A DNA stretch of 64,000 nt from Pseudomonadota bacterium (GTDB lineage: Bacteria > Desulfobacterota > Binatia > Binatales > Binataceae): contig JAJPKP010000061.1 of the NCBI GenBank assembly GCA_021323675.1, forward strand, positions 11,955 to 75,954, written 5' to 3'. Numbering within the stretch: the stretch's first letter is position 1; each line of letters opens with the position of its first letter. The notes below the pieces were generated by a model. It was not told where the DNA came from. It did not search any database and saw only the letters and a list, made by a program, of their open reading frames with translations. The translations under genes were made by a program, and so were the position numbers. Positions 61,665 to 64,000 of the stretch are shown piece by piece.

Positions 61665-61774
61665 AATACTCTGTGTGATGCCTTCGGTGTTCAAAAGCCG
61701 GACTATGTCCGCCGTGTGGCGGAGAGCGCATGAGTGCGCAAGTGACGTAGTTCGATAGCGTCGCGCTTACTATC

Positions 61775-64000
61775 GTGTCAAGCATTCTTCGGTTCGGATC
61801 GTTCGGAGCAGCGTTGTTGGCGCTGCTCGCGATGCTGGCGACGACGGTGCGGATTGCGTCGGCCCAAAGCTACGCCACGCCGTCCGTCAATCCTGAGGAC
61901 TTCGTGGTCGGACCTGGAGAGGATCAGCCGGGATCGCCGGATGAGGCGTCCGGCTCTGATCAAAATTCATCGGGAGACCAGGCGGGATTAGGACAAGCCG
62001 GCGGGTCGATGATGCAGGATTTGAACATCTCGCCCGATCAGCTCGAGCGGCTGAAAGGCGAGTATCAGGGCGGCAATCTGTCTGAAGACCAGTTTCAGGA
62101 GTTATGCGCGAGGGTGGCCGCCAAGCACCTGAGCGATCAGGACGTGCAGGCGCTGGCGACGTCGATGGGGTTTGCGGCGGATCAGGCGGATAAGCTGCGA
62201 CAATGCGCTGAGGAAGCGCGAGGGGGAGCGCGAGGCGGACGGCAGGGGCCAAGCGCACAGAACCGCGATCAAATCGCGCGGCAGTTCGAACTCGAACGAC
62301 GCCGCCAGAAGCTGAAAACGTCACCGATAGAAGAGGAGTTTCGGAGTCTGGCGAGTCCGTATCGCCAGCCCGAAGCTCCGACTTCGGAGCATCTGGAGCA
62401 GTTTGGTTATTCGGTCTTTTCGGAGCCGGTCTCGACTTTTGCACCGGCTACCAACGTGCCTGTCAGCGAGGATTACATTCTCGGCCCCGGCGACAACTTG
62501 ACGGTGCTGCTTTGGGGACGCGTGAACCGGACTCTCAAATTGCCGGTGCAGCGTGACGGCTCGGTCCTGATGCCCAATCTCGGACCGATTCCAGTCGCGG
62601 GATTGACCTTCGAGCAGGCCAAGAAGCTCATCGAGTCGCGCACCGGACAGATCGAGGGCGTGCAGGTGAACGTCACGATGGGCGCAATTCGGACGATCCA
62701 GGTGTTCGTGATGGGCAAGGTGAATCAGCCCGGCCTCTACACGATCAGCGCGCTCTCGCACATAACCAACGCGCTGGTGGCGGCGGGCGGAATCGCCAAA
62801 GTCGGCACGCTTCGCAACGTGGAACTGCGCCGGGGCAACCGCACGGTTGCGGTGATCGATCTCTATAACATCCTGCTGCACGGCGATTCGTCCGGCGATG
62901 TCCGGCTCGAACCGCGCGACGTGATCTTCGTGCCGGTAATCGGGCCGGTCGTGGGTATCACGGGCGACGTGAACAGCCCCGGCATCTACGAACTCAAGGG
63001 CGAAGCCAATCTTCGCAGTGTGCTCGCCCTGGCCGGAGGCGTCAGCGCTTTCGGTTACGCCCAGCGGGTCCAGGTCGAGCGAATCGACAACCATCAACGG
63101 CGCATCGCGCTCGATGTGGAGCTTGGTGACCTTGGGCGTCCGCGGTTTCCAATCCACGACGGAGATCTCGTGAAAGTGTTTCCCGTTTTGCCTTTGCAGC
63201 AGAACGTGGTGGTACTCAAAGGGAACGTCAATCGGCCGGGAACCTACCAATGGCGCCAGGGAATGCGAGTGTCCGACCTGATCCGGGAAGGCGAGGGCAT
63301 TTCGGACCATACATATTTGGATTACGCGACCATTCGGCGGCGGGTTGCGCCTACCCAGCGAATCGAGTATCTGCCCGTGGACCTGGGCGCCGCACTGCAA
63401 AGCACTTCTCCCACCTTCGATGTGGCGCTTGCCCCACGTGATGAACTCACGGTGTACAGCGACAACGACTTGAACGATGTTCCGACGGTTACGGTGCGGG
63501 GGGCGGTGCGCAAGCCCGGGACCTATCCTCTATCGCAAGGAATGAAGCTGAGCGACCTTATCTACGAGGCGGGCGGGCTCAAAGACGATGCTTATCAGAG
63601 ACGCGGCACTTTGGCCCGCACCGAGATCGTCAACGGCGCGACCACGCGGCACTCTTATATCGACGTGGATATTGCCGCCGCGCTTGTCCCCGGCAGCACA
63701 AACGATCCCGAATTAAACCGCTATGACGAGCTCTTCGTTCAGGAGGCGTCCAACTGGCACAAGCCCTGGGAAGTGAGAGTTCACGGCCAGGTGCAGCGCC
63801 CCGGCCCCTACGTCATCCGGGAAGGGGAACGCCTGTCCGAGGTTCTTAGCGACTGCGGGGGCCTTCGCGCTGACGCCTATCTGCCCGCGATCGTGTTCGA
63901 ACGCGAATCGGTCCGAGCGATGCAGCGCGAGAGGCTGGCGGAGAGCCGTAAACGGTTGAAGGAGGATCTCCTGATGGTGTCGTTGATGCCTCAGCCGTTG
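61775..64000 (+). CDS. Polysaccharide export protein with multiple SLBB domains (Wza/KpsD/OtnA-like), runs off the window end
   Basis: Absent from the ORF track (no stop). Manual translation from GTG 61775 gives a signal peptide, then FGYSVF...FAPATNVPVSEDYILGPGD, GKVNQPGLY, GDVNSPGIYEL, GNVNRPGTY, GAVRKPGTY, GQVQRPGPY. Confidence 0.9.
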   Translation, partial: MSSILRFGSFGAALLALLAMLATTVRIASAQSYATPSVNPEDFVVGPGEDQPGSPDEASGSDQNSSGDQAGLGQAGGSMMQDLNISPDQLERLKGEYQGGNLSEDQFQELCARVAAKHLSDQDVQALATSMGFAADQADKLRQCAEEARGGARGGRQGPSAQNRDQIARQFELERRRQKLKTSPIEEEFRSLASPYRQPEAPTSEHLEQFGYSVFSEPVSTFAPATNVPVSEDYILGPGDNLTVLLWGRVNRTLKLPVQRDGSVLMPNLGPIPVAGLTFEQAKKLIESRTGQIEGVQVNVTMGAIRTIQVFVMGKVNQPGLYTISALSHITNALVAAGGIAKVGTLRNVELRRGNRTVAVIDLYNILLHGDSSGDVRLEPRDVIFVPVIGPVVGITGDVNSPGIYELKGEANLRSVLALAGGVSAFGYAQRVQVERIDNHQRRIALDVELGDLGRPRFPIHDGDLVKVFPVLPLQQNVVVLKGNVNRPGTYQWRQGMRVSDLIREGEGISDHTYLDYATIRRRVAPTQRIEYLPVDLGAALQSTSPTFDVALAPRDELTVYSDNDLNDVPTVTVRGAVRKPGTYPLSQGMKLSDLIYEAGGLKDDAYQRRGTLARTEIVNGATTRHSYIDVDIAAALVPGSTNDPELNRYDELFVQEASNWHKPWEVRVHGQVQRPGPYVIREGERLSEVLSDCGGLRADAYLPAIVFERESVRAMQRERLAESRKRLKEDLLMVSLMPQPL

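Overview
A GC-rich bacterial chromosomal segment with about 66 CDSs. The gene mix (many LLM, SDR, MaoC and CoA-ligase genes, a deltaproteobacteria-like rimP-nusA-ylxR-infB-DUF503-rbfA-truB cluster) resembles Ca. Binatota, but this is inference only. Main blocks: (1) lipid/CoA metabolism genes, a 4x[4Fe-4S] ferredoxin, an FTR1 iron permease with a Fur-like box, and greA (1-7.9 kb); (2) an A1-type aa3 cytochrome c oxidase operon with heme A/O synthases, two subunit-III paralogues and two small membrane ORFs not called as such in the ORF track (8.3-15.6 kb); (3) a TetR-LLM-hydrolase unit, a compact cobalamin riboswitch upstream of a lone tonB, ABC-F, SDRs, a MaoC pair, GH57 and acs (15.7-38 kb); (4) the translation operon, with a candidate ~185-nt structured sRNA between rbfA and truB (38-45.3 kb); (5) a stand-alone Xis/BldC-like HTH gene behind a sigma54-type promoter, an RNB nuclease and pdxH; (6) an accessory cell-surface block with a ~1335-aa secreted G8-domain CEMIP/TMEM2-like protein, a Cys-rich lipoprotein, a divergent wHTH-STAND-TPR regulator, a glycine-zipper lipoprotein and the start of a large SLBB polysaccharide-export gene. 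No tRNA, rRNA, CRISPR array, integrase or transposase was recognised. All family calls come from motif recognition by eye, not database searches.
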